A stretch of DNA of 64,000 nucleotides from Candidatus Sungiibacteriota bacterium (GCA_016181585.1 JACOYX010000016.1:32467-96466); one strand, 5' to 3'. Counted from the stretch's first letter, positions 33,311 through 43,843 are shown. Notes: generated by a model not told the origin, from the letters alone. A program made the numbers and translations.

Positions 33311-33371
33311 TTGACTTTATATAAAATATAGTATACTATATTGCTAGAATTCTTTTATCGGAGGAGACGGA

Positions 33372-34067
33372 ATGAGTGATTTAATGTTGCGGTATCTTGC
33401 CTTGTGGAATCGCGTATGTCATCCAAGAAGCGAACCGTTCCGGTCGTGGTCGAATCTCTATGTAAAATATGCTCAACCATATCGTTGTTATCACAACATG
33501 CGGCACATTGTGCGATGTCTGCAAAAGCTAGATGAGGTACCTTCAAAATATTTTCAGGAATTAGATCTTTGGTTATTTCATCAGGGAAATTCTCACCTGC
33601 GGAGTCGCGATGTGACTGAAATGGGGCTTGTCTGGCACGACGAAACCTATGAGCCGGGTGCCAAGGATAATGAGATGCGGAGTGCGGCAAATATGCGTTG
33701 TTTCCTAGAAAAAGGCAAAGCCTTTCCTTTTTTTATTTGCTGTATCGAAGATGGAATACTCGCCACTCGACATTATAGCGTTCCGAGCAATCCGCTCTAT
33801 TGGTTTATTTTGGATATTGATCTATCATCCTTTGGCGAATCTTATGAGGTGTTTATGCAGGATTCACTCAATATCCGCGAAGAATATCGCATAGCCATAC
33901 CTTCAGACTATGATTTTGCGCTTGGCCGTAATGATGTTCTAAAAGCATTTTATGAGCGCAAGTCGCTCTATCTAACGGAATATTTTTGCGGGAAATGGGA
34001 AAGCCGCGCAAAAGAAAACCTTGAACGCGCCATGGAAGAAGCTAGAAAAGCATATAGACTTCCGTAG
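33372..34067 (+). CDS. Predicted HD-type metal-dependent phosphohydrolase (COG4339-like)
   Basis: PYRCYHNMRHI and VWHDETYEPGAKDNEMRSA resemble the R-YH-x-x-HI and HD-x-x-Y...NE-x-x-SA blocks of that family. Confidence 0.45.
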   Translation: MSDLMLRYLALWNRVCHPRSEPFRSWSNLYVKYAQPYRCYHNMRHIVRCLQKLDEVPSKYFQELDLWLFHQGNSHLRSRDVTEMGLVWHDETYEPGAKDNEMRSAANMRCFLEKGKAFPFFICCIEDGILATRHYSVPSNPLYWFILDIDLSSFGESYEVFMQDSLNIREEYRIAIPSDYDFALGRNDVLKAFYERKSLYLTEYFCGKWESRAKENLERAMEEARKAYRLP

Positions 34068-34109
34068 TGTATTGCTCCGCTCATCGCGGAGCTTTTAAAA
34101 TTATGTAAA

Positions 34110-35408
34110 TTGTGGTATAATTTGTACGTGAGACCCGCTGAAGCAACCTTTGTATTTAAGGAATATAAAAGCGACTTTTCTCGGGGAAAAGTTGATTTTT
34201 GTTATGAAATAAAAAGCGGCGGCAGAACCGCGATAGAATTTATTGAAACTCTGAAATTTAAAAAACCATTTGAAGGATCAAATAATGTTCCGCTTGAACT
34301 GCTTGCGAAGGCTCTCGATAATCTATTTTTGATTCTCGGCATCAGTTACTGGAAAACGTATTGTCCGCATAAAATTGAAATACTTCCATTCACGCTTTCA
34401 AAAAAGGAAGCGGAATTTTGGGATATGGTATATACGAAGGGGCTTGGGGAATTTTTTTATAAAAATAACATAAATTTTAGAGGCATTATTAAATTTCCTT
34501 ACAGCGCCGGTGCAAAAAATTATCCGATACATTTTAAAGCGGGAAAGCGAGCACTCCTTCTTTTTGGCGGTGGAAAAGATTCTCTTGTTGCGGCGGAAAT
34601 GCTTAAAAAAAAGAAAAAAGATTTTGTACTATTTAGAGTGGGGGAGAGTGCCATTCAAAAAAAAACCGCTTCATTGGCTGGTAAATCCTCGATTATATTT
34701 GAGCGCGCACTCGACCCGAAGCTCATTGTATTAAACAAAAAAAAAGGCGTCTACAACGGACATATCCCCGCGTCAGCCATTTATGCATTTGCCGGGGTTT
34801 TTGCGGGGATTCTGCATGGATATGGCAAAGTAATCGCGTCCAATGAGAAAAGCGCAAATTACGGTAATGTGGAATACAAAGGGGTAATGGTAAATCATCA
34901 GTGGAGCAAATCTCAGGAATTTGAAGCCTTGCTTGGGGCGTATCTACGCGAATTTTTAACGCCGGATATCCATTACCATTCCATCCTTAGATCTTTTACC
35001 GAACTGGAGATTGTAAAAAAATTCGTAAATTATCCATTTTATTTCAAATATTTTTCAAGCTGTAACCGCAATTTTAGCATTACTAAAAAGGCGGAGAGAA
35101 AATGGTGCGGCGAATGCCCAAAATGCGCGTTTGTTTTTGTCGCGCTTGCGGCATACCTTTCTAAGGAAGAGGTTAGAAAAATTTTCGGTAAAAATTTATT
35201 TGCGGATAAAAATCTTATATCGCTCTATAAAGAACTGCTCGGTCTTGAAAAATTCAAACCATTTGAGTGCGTAGGAACACCAATGGAGACAAAAAAAGCA
35301 TTCGAACTAATTTGGAAAAAAGGCGAATATAACCAAGCACCAGTGATAAGATATTTACAAGGTATAGCATTGCAAAGCAACCATGCTTTTACGCGATCTA
35401 AAAAATAA
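34110..35408 (+). CDS. PP-loop ATP pyrophosphatase-like protein, candidate MurL (UDP-MurNAc-L-Ala-L-Glu epimerase)-like
   Basis: LLFGGGKDSLVAAEM is an SGGxDS-like PP-loop, and a C-terminal cluster reads C-x17-CGECPKC. 432 aa, overlapping murD by 26 nt. The start is uncertain because 34112-34120 looks like a TGGTATAAT promoter; GTG 34128 is possible. Confidence 0.4.
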   Translation: MWYNLYVRPAEATFVFKEYKSDFSRGKVDFCYEIKSGGRTAIEFIETLKFKKPFEGSNNVPLELLAKALDNLFLILGISYWKTYCPHKIEILPFTLSKKEAEFWDMVYTKGLGEFFYKNNINFRGIIKFPYSAGAKNYPIHFKAGKRALLLFGGGKDSLVAAEMLKKKKKDFVLFRVGESAIQKKTASLAGKSSIIFERALDPKLIVLNKKKGVYNGHIPASAIYAFAGVFAGILHGYGKVIASNEKSANYGNVEYKGVMVNHQWSKSQEFEALLGAYLREFLTPDIHYHSILRSFTELEIVKKFVNYPFYFKYFSSCNRNFSITKKAERKWCGECPKCAFVFVALAAYLSKEEVRKIFGKNLFADKNLISLYKELLGLEKFKPFECVGTPMETKKAFELIWKKGEYNQAPVIRYLQGIALQSNHAFTRSKK

Positions 35409-36618
35409 AAATATCCTTATATTGGGTTATGGCGTGGAAGGGCAAAGCACTATGCGCTTTTTAAAGCATGTACTGTCCAGACAATGCACGGTAGATATTG
35501 CCGATCAAAAAAACGGTCCGGATTATCTGGAAAAACAAAAAAACTATGATCTTGTTATTCGCTCTCCCGGCATCCCTAAAAGCCTTGTCACGCGGCCGTC
35601 CACCACTGCTACAAATATATTTTTCGCCAATACCAAGGGAATAACCGTAGGGATTACCGGCTCGAAAGGGAAGAGCACCACCGCATCGCTTCTACATGCC
35701 TTTCTCCATGCGGGCGGGCTTCCGGTGCGTTTAGTTGGTAATATCGGTAACCCCATGCTTGACGCGCTTATTGAACGGAATACTCCTGAAGATATTTTTG
35801 TTTGTGAACTTTCAAGTTATCAGCTAGATGATATTGAATACTCTCCGCATATATCGCTAATTCTCAATTTTTTTCCAGAACACATGGATTACCATGGCGG
35901 TGTGCGCAACTATTGGGATGCAAAAAAACGTATTACTGCGAAAGCCGCCGGAAAAGACTATTTTGTTTATAATCCAGAATATTCGAAGCTCACGGAGCTT
36001 GCGCGCAGAACAAAGGCGCGTGCCGTTCCTTTTATTGCCGAAATGCCGTTTCCCGAGGAAGATATCCCGCTTATTGGTGTCCATAACCGCGGCAATATTC
36101 GCGCCGCGGCAACCGTCGCGCTTCTTTTTAATATATCGTATTCTGCGATGAGCGACGCTCTGAAGAAATTTAAACCGCTCCCGCACCGACTTGAATCGGT
36201 CGGGATATTCAACGGCATTGCGTTTTACGATGATGCGATTTCCACGACTCCGGAATCAGCAATTGCCGCGATCCGCTCTCTGCCGAATATCGGGACGATA
36301 TTCCTGGGCGGCAAAGACAGGGGATATGATTTCAGCGCATTGGCTCGGGAAATTATTACGGCGCATATTGAAAATATTGTGCTTTTTCCGGAAAGCGGAG
36401 TAAAAATAAAGGAAGCGCTCGAAAAAACAAAAGAAAAAATCCCGAATATACTAGAAACCTTAAGCATGAAAGAAGCGGTGCATTTCGCATACGAACGGAC
36501 CAATCAGGGAGCAGTTTGTCTGCTCTCCTCCGCATCGCCAAGCTATAGTTTGTGGAAAAATTTTGAGGAAAAAGGGAATGACTTTCAAAATTGCGTTCGC
36601 ATGTTTTCGCAAAAATAA
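35383..36618 (+). CDS. murD: UDP-N-acetylmuramoylalanine--glutamate ligase
   Basis: ILILGYGVEGQS and GITGSKGKSTT match the Mur ligase P-loop. The length fits. Confidence 0.85.
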   Translation: MLLRDLKNKNILILGYGVEGQSTMRFLKHVLSRQCTVDIADQKNGPDYLEKQKNYDLVIRSPGIPKSLVTRPSTTATNIFFANTKGITVGITGSKGKSTTASLLHAFLHAGGLPVRLVGNIGNPMLDALIERNTPEDIFVCELSSYQLDDIEYSPHISLILNFFPEHMDYHGGVRNYWDAKKRITAKAAGKDYFVYNPEYSKLTELARRTKARAVPFIAEMPFPEEDIPLIGVHNRGNIRAAATVALLFNISYSAMSDALKKFKPLPHRLESVGIFNGIAFYDDAISTTPESAIAAIRSLPNIGTIFLGGKDRGYDFSALAREIITAHIENIVLFPESGVKIKEALEKTKEKIPNILETLSMKEAVHFAYERTNQGAVCLLSSASPSYSLWKNFEEKGNDFQNCVRMFSQK

Positions 36619-36686
36619 ACCACACTTAAAATCTATCCAAAATATCAATATTGTCTTAGCAAGGTTTTATTGTTATAGTGGAAAGG

Positions 36687-37775
36687 ATGCCGAGGACTAT
36701 TGATCTACCGTTGCTTTTTACTACTATCGTGCTTTTGCTTGGCGGTTTTTTGGTCCTTGCTTCCGCATCCATGGTCATAGCGGAGAAAAATTTTGGCTCC
36801 TTGACTTACTATACAGCACGCCAGCTTTTTTTGGGCGGTTTGCTTGGGGCTGTTGCCTGTTTTATCGCGTCTCGCATTTCCTATCGGGTGTGGCGCACGT
36901 GGTCACCGGCGCTCATGCTTATTGCGTTTATATTGCTTGCGCTTCTTTTTGTGCCAAGCATAAGTTATAGCGTGGGCGGAGCGACGCGATGGCTTACTAT
37001 CTATGGAATAAGTTTCCAGCCCTCCGAATTTCTTAAATTTGCTTTTATAATCTATCTAGCAAGTTGGCTGGATGCGCGAAGAAGGGAGGCGGGCACAGTT
37101 TCTTACGGCATGATACCGTTTGCAATTATGCTCGCGATTGTGAGTGTCTTTCTCGCCATGCAGCCGGATATCGGGACGCTGGGAATTATTGCGCTTACCG
37201 CACTTTTTCTCTATTTTCTTGGGGGAGGCAAGGTATATCAAATATCCACACTTGCGGCATTTGGCGTTGCGGTACTGTATTTCCTTATACAGCTCGCTCC
37301 TTACCGACTTAACCGTATTTTGGTATTTTTAAATCCCGGTACCGATCCGCAAGGAATTGGATACCAAATAAATCAAGCGCTTATCGCCATTGGCTCCGGC
37401 GGTTTTTGGGGTCTCGGCTTCGGTAAGGGACTGCAAAAATATCATTATTTACCGGAACCCATGGGGGATTCCATTTTTGCAATTTATGCGGAAGAGATGG
37501 GGCTTGTGGGTGCTTTCATTCTCATTGGAGCATTTCTCTTTTTCTGTATGCGGGGATTTTTAATTGCAAAAAAAGCACCGGATCAATTTGGTAAATTGCT
37601 GGCTGCGGGCATTACGGTAAGTATAACGTTACAGGCGTTTATAAACATGGCGGCAATTTCCGGAATGTTGCCCCTAACAGGTATTCCTCTGCCGTTTGTA
37701 AGCTATGGCGGCACATCGCTTGCGATAACGCTTGCGAGCGTGGGAGTACTGCTCAATATTTCTCGCTATATTTAA
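36687..37775 (+). CDS. ftsW: SEDS-family peptidoglycan polymerase / lipid II flippase FtsW/RodA
   Basis: About 10 TM helices, PSEFLK, and the C-terminal LPLTGIPLPFVSYGGTS motif. Confidence 0.85.
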   Translation: MPRTIDLPLLFTTIVLLLGGFLVLASASMVIAEKNFGSLTYYTARQLFLGGLLGAVACFIASRISYRVWRTWSPALMLIAFILLALLFVPSISYSVGGATRWLTIYGISFQPSEFLKFAFIIYLASWLDARRREAGTVSYGMIPFAIMLAIVSVFLAMQPDIGTLGIIALTALFLYFLGGGKVYQISTLAAFGVAVLYFLIQLAPYRLNRILVFLNPGTDPQGIGYQINQALIAIGSGGFWGLGFGKGLQKYHYLPEPMGDSIFAIYAEEMGLVGAFILIGAFLFFCMRGFLIAKKAPDQFGKLLAAGITVSITLQAFINMAAISGMLPLTGIPLPFVSYGGTSLAITLASVGVLLNISRYI

Positions 37776-37803
37776 CGGCTTTTTTGCTAAGCAAACATAA
37801 TCT

Positions 37804-38919
37804 ATGCGTATTCTTTTTACTGGCGGAGGAACAGGAGGGCATTTTTTCCCGCTTCTTGCTGTTATTCGAGAACTGAAACAAGCGGCGGAAGAACAGCAGA
37901 TATTGGATATCGAGCTTTTTTACATGGGACCCAAAACGCCGTATGAAACATTGCTCTTGGACGAGGGTGTTGGTATTTTCCATGTTACCAGCGGGAAAGT
38001 GCGCCGCTATTTTTCACTTTTGAATATAGTGGATATATTTCGCTTGTTTTTGGGAACTGCAAAAGCTTTTTGGAAAATGTTTTTTCTTGTTCCGGATGTT
38101 GTCTTTTCAAAAGGAGGATATGCCGCTCTTCCCGCGGTTATTGCCGCAATAATTTTTCGTATACCGCTCGTTATCCATGAGTCGGACGCGGTTCCAGGCA
38201 TGGTGACAAAGTTTTCTGCGCGTTTCGCAGATCGCATTGGTATAGCATTTCCATCCGCTTACGAAAATCTTCCCAAGGAGAAAACTGCATTGGTTGGCGT
38301 GCCCATCCGCAAGCGTATACTTGGGGGGATAAAGGAAAATGCCAAAGAAGAACTGGATATTTTTTCTGCACTGCCGGTGATTGGAATTATCGGGTCTTCG
38401 CAGGGCGCGCAAAAAATCAATGATGCGATTTTGGGCATTGTAAAAGAACTCACCGCGAAATACGAGGTTTTGCATCAAACGGGAGAAAATAATTTGGAAG
38501 ATGTGGCGGGCGAGGCAAAAACAATTCTTGAAGCCGGTCTTAGTGAGCATTATCATCCCGTCGCATTTCTTGATGAAAGAAACTTACGGAATTTTTATTT
38601 GACTTCAGATCTTATCATATCACGTGCATCTTCGCTTATTTTCGAAATTGCGGCGTGGGGCAAACCTTCTATAGTAATTCCCTTGCGTAATGCCGCACAG
38701 GATCACCAGACCCAAAATGCCTACACCTTTGCAGGTGAAGGCGCTTGTGTGGTGATTCAGGAAGAAAACTTAACGCCGCATCTTTTGATGGCGGAAATCG
38801 ATAAGTTGATTTCAGATCCGGAGCGTATGAAAAAAATGGGGGAGGCGGCGCAGAGATTTGCGAGGGTGGACGCGGCGGCAGTGGTTGCCAAAGAAATTTT
38901 AAAGGTGGGAATGCATTAG
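37804..38919 (+). CDS. murG: UDP-GlcNAc:undecaprenyl-PP-MurNAc-pentapeptide GlcNAc transferase
   Basis: MRILFTGGGTGGHFFPLLAV at the N-terminus. Confidence 0.9.
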   Translation: MRILFTGGGTGGHFFPLLAVIRELKQAAEEQQILDIELFYMGPKTPYETLLLDEGVGIFHVTSGKVRRYFSLLNIVDIFRLFLGTAKAFWKMFFLVPDVVFSKGGYAALPAVIAAIIFRIPLVIHESDAVPGMVTKFSARFADRIGIAFPSAYENLPKEKTALVGVPIRKRILGGIKENAKEELDIFSALPVIGIIGSSQGAQKINDAILGIVKELTAKYEVLHQTGENNLEDVAGEAKTILEAGLSEHYHPVAFLDERNLRNFYLTSDLIISRASSLIFEIAAWGKPSIVIPLRNAAQDHQTQNAYTFAGEGACVVIQEENLTPHLLMAEIDKLISDPERMKKMGEAAQRFARVDAAAVVAKEILKVGMH

Positions 38920-38995
38920 TTATGGGAGTGTTTTGGCGCGACACGGCTCACTCGGCTTTTTAGTCTCCAGACCAGCTCATCGTTTCGCTTCCGAC

Positions 38996-39052
38996 AGCTA
39001 AACCCGGGGGAATTCTTAACGCTCCGTGAGGACTCGTCGCTAAATTTCCCAT
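38996..39052. repeat. Repeat family U, copy 1
   Basis: CCCGGGGGAATTCTTAACGCTCCGTGAGGACTCGTCGCTAAATTTCCC is collinear with 56416-56474. Confidence 0.65.
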
Positions 39053-39129
39053 CGAAGCCAAACAGTTGGATCCGACCCAGCGCCGGAATTTCGCTAACAG
39101 TCGGATGAATTTTTTTCGCATCACTATTT

Positions 39130-40581
39130 ATGTCAAACATTCGTGTTCGTATAGCGCCAAGCCCTACGGGGCCTCTGCATATCGGTACCGCGCGCACCGC
39201 GCTTTTTAATTATCTTTTTGCAAGACATTTGGGCGGTAAATTTATAATCCGTATAGAGGACACCGACCTTCTGCGCTCTGATCCAAAGTTTGAAAAAAAT
39301 ATTTTAGAAGGTTTGGAATGGCTTGGCATTGAAGCGGACGAAAGCCCGATTGTCGGCGGCCCAGATGCTCCGTATCGCCAAACCGAGCGTATTGAGTCTT
39401 ATGCGCATTATTTGAAAAAACTGCTTGCCGAGGGAAAAGTTTTTTATTGTTTTCACACCGAAGCGGAGCTGGAAGAGGAAAAAAGAGAACTTCTCGAGAC
39501 CAAACACTCACCAATTCATCTGTGCGAATACCGCACCATGGATATAAAAGAAGCGGAAACGCTTGCGGAAATAAACTCCAATTACGTTATTCGATTTAAA
39601 ACTCCGGCCGGGCGGATTATTGCGTTTAACGATCTTATCCGCGGAGAACTTTCTTTCCAGTCGGATTTGCTCGGCGATTTTTCTGTTGCAAAAAAAATTG
39701 ACGTTCCATTGTATCACTTTGCCGTGGTGGTGGACGATGAAGCAATGGACATCACGCATGTTATTCGCGGGGAAGATCATATTGCCAATACGCCGAAGCA
39801 TATTTTACTCATCGAAGCATTGGGATTTTGCATACCGCAGTATGCACACTTACCGCTTGTTTTAGGCACAGATCGCTCCAAGCTTTCCAAGCGCCACGGC
39901 GCAACTTCGATAGATGAATATCGAGAACAGGGATATCTCCCCGAGGCGCTTTTTAATTTTTTGGCGCTTTTGGGGTGGAATCCGGGCGATAACCGCGAAA
40001 TTCTGTCCAAAGAAGAATTGATTCGTGAATTTTCGATTGAAAAAATCCAGAAAGCGGGCGCCGTTTTTGATTTCGTAAAACTGGACTGGATGAATGGGGA
40101 ATACATCCGGAAGAAGACATCTGATGAGCTTACGCGCATTGCTCTGCCATTCATAGAAACCCTGCTTTCCGGTAAACAATTTTCATTGGACTACATTACG
40201 AAAGTGATCGCACTGGAACAGCCGCGGCTTAAAAAACTTTCCGAACTTTTGGAGAAAATTGATTATTTTTTTGAAGAGCCTCAGTATGACGTTTCGCTCC
40301 TTCTTTGGAAAAAAATGACTGCCGAAAATGCTGTAGCGGCGCTTGATGTCGCGAAAAAACTGCTTGAACAAAATAAAGAAAAGCCGATAACCGCGATGAA
40401 AGAAATATTTCTCCAAAAAGGCAAAGAAATGGGGGATAAGGGATCTTTGCTCTGGCCACTGCGTGTGGCGCTTTCCGGTAAAAAGGCGTCACCGGATCCG
40501 TTTGAAATTATGGAAATTTTGGGGATAGAGAAGGCGGCTCGGCGCATAGAATATGCGAAAAAGATTGCGGTTTTGTCATGA
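39130..40581 (+). CDS. gltX: Glutamyl-tRNA synthetase
   Basis: RIAPSPTGPLHIGTAR (the HIGH motif) and KLSKRHG (the KMSKS motif). Confidence 0.9.
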   Translation: MSNIRVRIAPSPTGPLHIGTARTALFNYLFARHLGGKFIIRIEDTDLLRSDPKFEKNILEGLEWLGIEADESPIVGGPDAPYRQTERIESYAHYLKKLLAEGKVFYCFHTEAELEEEKRELLETKHSPIHLCEYRTMDIKEAETLAEINSNYVIRFKTPAGRIIAFNDLIRGELSFQSDLLGDFSVAKKIDVPLYHFAVVVDDEAMDITHVIRGEDHIANTPKHILLIEALGFCIPQYAHLPLVLGTDRSKLSKRHGATSIDEYREQGYLPEALFNFLALLGWNPGDNREILSKEELIREFSIEKIQKAGAVFDFVKLDWMNGEYIRKKTSDELTRIALPFIETLLSGKQFSLDYITKVIALEQPRLKKLSELLEKIDYFFEEPQYDVSLLLWKKMTAENAVAALDVAKKLLEQNKEKPITAMKEIFLQKGKEMGDKGSLLWPLRVALSGKKASPDPFEIMEILGIEKAARRIEYAKKIAVLS

Positions 40582-40608
40582 TTGGCGTTTTTTTGGTATG
40601 ATACGAGG

Positions 40609-41931
40609 GTGAGGAGCAGCATAAAAAGGATATATAGTATATTTTTCTCCGTGATATTTGCGGTGTTTTTGCTTTCGCCGCAAATAGCGCGTTCCGCGAC
40701 TATTGAAGAACTTAGAAAATCTATAGAGCAGAAAAATCAGGAGATACAAAAACTTGAGGCCGATATTAAAAAATATCGGCAAGAACTTTCCACAACCCAG
40801 ACTCGCGGTAAAACTCTTAAGGAAGAAATCGCGCGTCTTGATCGAGAAATAAAAAAAATAAATAGCAATATAACACTTACTGAACGACAGGTTCAAAAAA
40901 AAGAACTTGAAATAAGTGCATTGGGGCTGGATATCCAGGAGTCGGAACGAAAGTTGGTAAGTTTGCGCAGGGGGCTTGCCGGGTTAATACAATCGCTTTT
41001 TGAGCAGGACCAAACTTCGCTGGTGGCTGTTATGATGCGTTATGGTATTCTTTCCGACTTTTTCCGGCACATCGGTTATATTGATCTTTTACAAAATAAA
41101 ATAATATCCTCCGTTGAAACGCTCCAAACTATTCAGCGCGATCTCAACAAAAAAAAGGAAGCCAGTGAGGCAAGAAAAGAGGAACTTGCGGATTTAAGCA
41201 AACTCCTGCGTACTCGCCGCAGTGCGCAAAGTTCTGCAAAGGAGGATAAAAACACTATATTGTCTCTGACAAAAAACCAAGAGCAGGCATACCAAAAACT
41301 TCTGAAAAGCCAAGAAGCGCGCCGTGAGGCGCTTGAAGATGAGGTTCGTGATATAGAGATCAAAATTAAAATTGCAATCGATCCCGCGTCACTTCCTTCA
41401 AAGGGGCACGGCATATTGGGATCACCACTTCCGGATGTTGGTCTTTTGTCCTGCTGGCAAGGTGGAGGCGGTTTCAAAAACTGCCTTACCCAGTTTTTTG
41501 GCTATACTTCGTTTGCGGCCGCGGGAGCATATGCGGGAAATGGCCATAACGGGGTTGATTTTCGCGCGGAAAACGGCACTCCTGTACTTGCGGCGGAAAC
41601 AGGAACTATCCAAGCAACCGGCGATACGGATATTGGCTGTAAGCGCGCATCATACGGCAAATGGATTTTAGTGAAACATTCCAATAATCTTACCACACTC
41701 TATGCCCATCTTTCTGCCATTAGCGTATCACAAGGACAGTCTATAAAACGAGGAGAACGAATCGGCCTTTCTGGACAATCGGGTTACGCCACAGGTCCGC
41801 ATCTGCACTTTGGGCTTTATGCGTCACAGGCGGTAAGCGTGGAAGCAATTCGCTCTAAAGTCTGCGGCAGGCTTATGACCCTCCCAATCGCCGCAATTAA
41901 CGGCTATTTGAATCCCCTAGATTATCTTTAA
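40609..41931 (+). CDS. M23-family peptidoglycan endopeptidase with an N-terminal coiled coil (EnvC-like)
   Basis: GHNGVDFRAENGTPV and GPHLHFGLY match M23 motifs. It has a signal/TM segment and a long coiled coil. The start is uncertain: GTG 40609 lies after a GAGGG box. Confidence 0.8.
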   Translation: MRSSIKRIYSIFFSVIFAVFLLSPQIARSATIEELRKSIEQKNQEIQKLEADIKKYRQELSTTQTRGKTLKEEIARLDREIKKINSNITLTERQVQKKELEISALGLDIQESERKLVSLRRGLAGLIQSLFEQDQTSLVAVMMRYGILSDFFRHIGYIDLLQNKIISSVETLQTIQRDLNKKKEASEARKEELADLSKLLRTRRSAQSSAKEDKNTILSLTKNQEQAYQKLLKSQEARREALEDEVRDIEIKIKIAIDPASLPSKGHGILGSPLPDVGLLSCWQGGGGFKNCLTQFFGYTSFAAAGAYAGNGHNGVDFRAENGTPVLAAETGTIQATGDTDIGCKRASYGKWILVKHSNNLTTLYAHLSAISVSQGQSIKRGERIGLSGQSGYATGPHLHFGLYASQAVSVEAIRSKVCGRLMTLPIAAINGYLNPLDYL

Positions 41932-41958
41932 ATTATATCTAGGTATATACTTATTAGT

Positions 41959-42321
41959 ATGCCGAATCGCAATTCCATAATTCTCTTCGCCGCCTTATTT
42001 TCTTTTGCGGTGATAGTACTTCCGATCGTTATCTTCGACCTCACATCTTCATCGTACAATCAGTATGCCGGCGTTTTAGATTATTTTCGATTTGATATGG
42101 GTAGTGAAATTCCTTCCAATAGCTGGAAAAACATAGAATATAATCCTCTAAAAGGCGTACGTAGCCTGCCGATCGGCGAGGGATCGCTGAATGACATGCA
42201 GGAACAAGCACCCGACTTTGAGCAAATTAACAAAGACGTTGATAAAAAAACCAGCACTAACTTATTTGAATTTTTTAAATGGATAGGCAGGGGATCAAGG
42301 CGCTTATTGGATTTGCTTTAG
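41959..42321 (+). CDS. Hypothetical membrane-anchored 120-aa protein
   Basis: N-terminal TM helix. No recognised motif. Confidence 0.5.
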   Translation: MPNRNSIILFAALFSFAVIVLPIVIFDLTSSSYNQYAGVLDYFRFDMGSEIPSNSWKNIEYNPLKGVRSLPIGEGSLNDMQEQAPDFEQINKDVDKKTSTNLFEFFKWIGRGSRRLLDLL

Positions 42322-42340
42322 GATTAATCCAATAAGCCAT

Positions 42341-43384
42341 TTACATCAAAGGATGAAACTTTCTATGCGTGCTTTCCGCATATTTGTCCGAGGCATGGAC
42401 ATAGCGAGTGGTTGTGTGAAGCGACTGATGGCCTAGAAGCACCTGGATTGCAGCGGGGTTTGCGCCTTGTTCCGCAAGATAAGTAGCAAAGCCGTGACGC
42501 AGGGAGTGCGCAGAAGTTGGCACGCTGATACCGAGCATTTCTCGGTACTTTTTTATTTTCATCTGGAGATAATTGGTAGAGATGCGCGCTTTTTCTTTGC
42601 CAGCATTGCGGCCGCTGTAGGGGATAAATAGTGCAGGGCTTTCATCGGTGCGCATGGAGAGGTATTCATCAATATGTTTTTTTGCGCGATCGGTTAAATA
42701 AGCGAAACGTTCTTTATTCCCCTTTCCGCGAATAAAAATTCTCCCGGTTTTATCGATCTGATCACGGTTTAAAGAAATCAGCTCCGCGATACGCATGCCG
42801 GTTGCAAAAAGAGTTTCAAGCATTGCGCGATTGCGCACCCTTATCTCTTTTATTTTTTCAAATTTGGCGGGGGATTCAATCAGGCGCACAAGCTCTTCAA
42901 ATTCCGCCACTCGTGCATGGTTTTTGGGCATTTTGGACAGCCTTACCGCTTCCGGCGGTATGGGAACATCATAGTCATAGTCAATTAAATATTTTAAATA
43001 CCTGCGAAGTGCTGAAAGCATTCGGTTCATTGAACTCACCGAAAGACGCTTCTGCGTATCGTATCCTTGCGGTGTCTTTCGATCTTCCGAGGATAGATAC
43101 GCTTTAAAACGGTCTATAACTACTTTATTTGTCTGTGAGAAGGATATTCCCATGTCTTCGTCAAGAAAGAAGCTGAAAAGCCGCAAATCGCGTTCGTAAT
43201 TATAGACGGTTTCGGGAGAGAAGTTGCTGGTTTGAAGATGGAGTAAAAAATCATCAAGATGCGGCAATGTATTCACACGCGCTTTAGAACGCGGATAGCT
43301 ATTTGAATCATCAGAGGCAAGTAAATCTTTTTTAAGTGTCATAAGTTTGAATATATAATTGAGTGTAAGGGATATTATACTCAA
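42341..43384 (-). CDS. Tyrosine site-specific recombinase (XerC/XerD-like)
   Basis: ATGMRIAEL, HSLRHGFATYL and LLGHQSLHTTTRYVH match the R..HxxR..Y catalytic signature. ATG 43342 is an alternative start. Confidence 0.8.
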   Translation of the reverse strand: MSIISLTLNYIFKLMTLKKDLLASDDSNSYPRSKARVNTLPHLDDFLLHLQTSNFSPETVYNYERDLRLFSFFLDEDMGISFSQTNKVVIDRFKAYLSSEDRKTPQGYDTQKRLSVSSMNRMLSALRRYLKYLIDYDYDVPIPPEAVRLSKMPKNHARVAEFEELVRLIESPAKFEKIKEIRVRNRAMLETLFATGMRIAELISLNRDQIDKTGRIFIRGKGNKERFAYLTDRAKKHIDEYLSMRTDESPALFIPYSGRNAGKEKARISTNYLQMKIKKYREMLGISVPTSAHSLRHGFATYLAEQGANPAAIQVLLGHQSLHTTTRYVHASDKYAESTHRKFHPLM

Positions 43385-43843
43385 TTATAGGGCTAAGAAA
43401 AAAGAGCGTAAAGCTCTTGTTATCCACACTCCGATCTCCAAATAAATATCAGTTTTAGTATCAACCGCTAGAAAAATAATTTTTTTACAACAACGCCAAG
43501 CGCCAGGAAAAAAGCGACTGTCCCAGCATTTACTACAAACCAAAGTCCTATTGGCCCCAGAATATTTTTGTTAAACATTGCTGTAGATGTACTATTTATT
43601 GCGTATAGCACACTCCCCTTTCAATAAACTCATGAAAAGTGGTGCGAATACAATTCGCACCAAATAAAATAACCAAACATTTTTATAAAAATTTTCGAAT
43701 AAGAATCATGGTTGCCGCTACTACGATACTCCCGCTTATCCACATAACCGGATCGCACAATACTGTAATTAGGAAATCCATTGGAAAATCTACTGAAAAA
43801 CTGTATTATTACAAGAACCCTTTTATCTACAGTAAAATATACC

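Noticed and set aside
34112-34120. Use of TTG 34110 as the true start of the MurL-like gene
   Set aside because: The first codons coincide with a TGGTATAAT extended -10 box, so the real start is probably a few codons downstream (for example GTG 34128). I kept the ORF coordinates and flagged the uncertainty.
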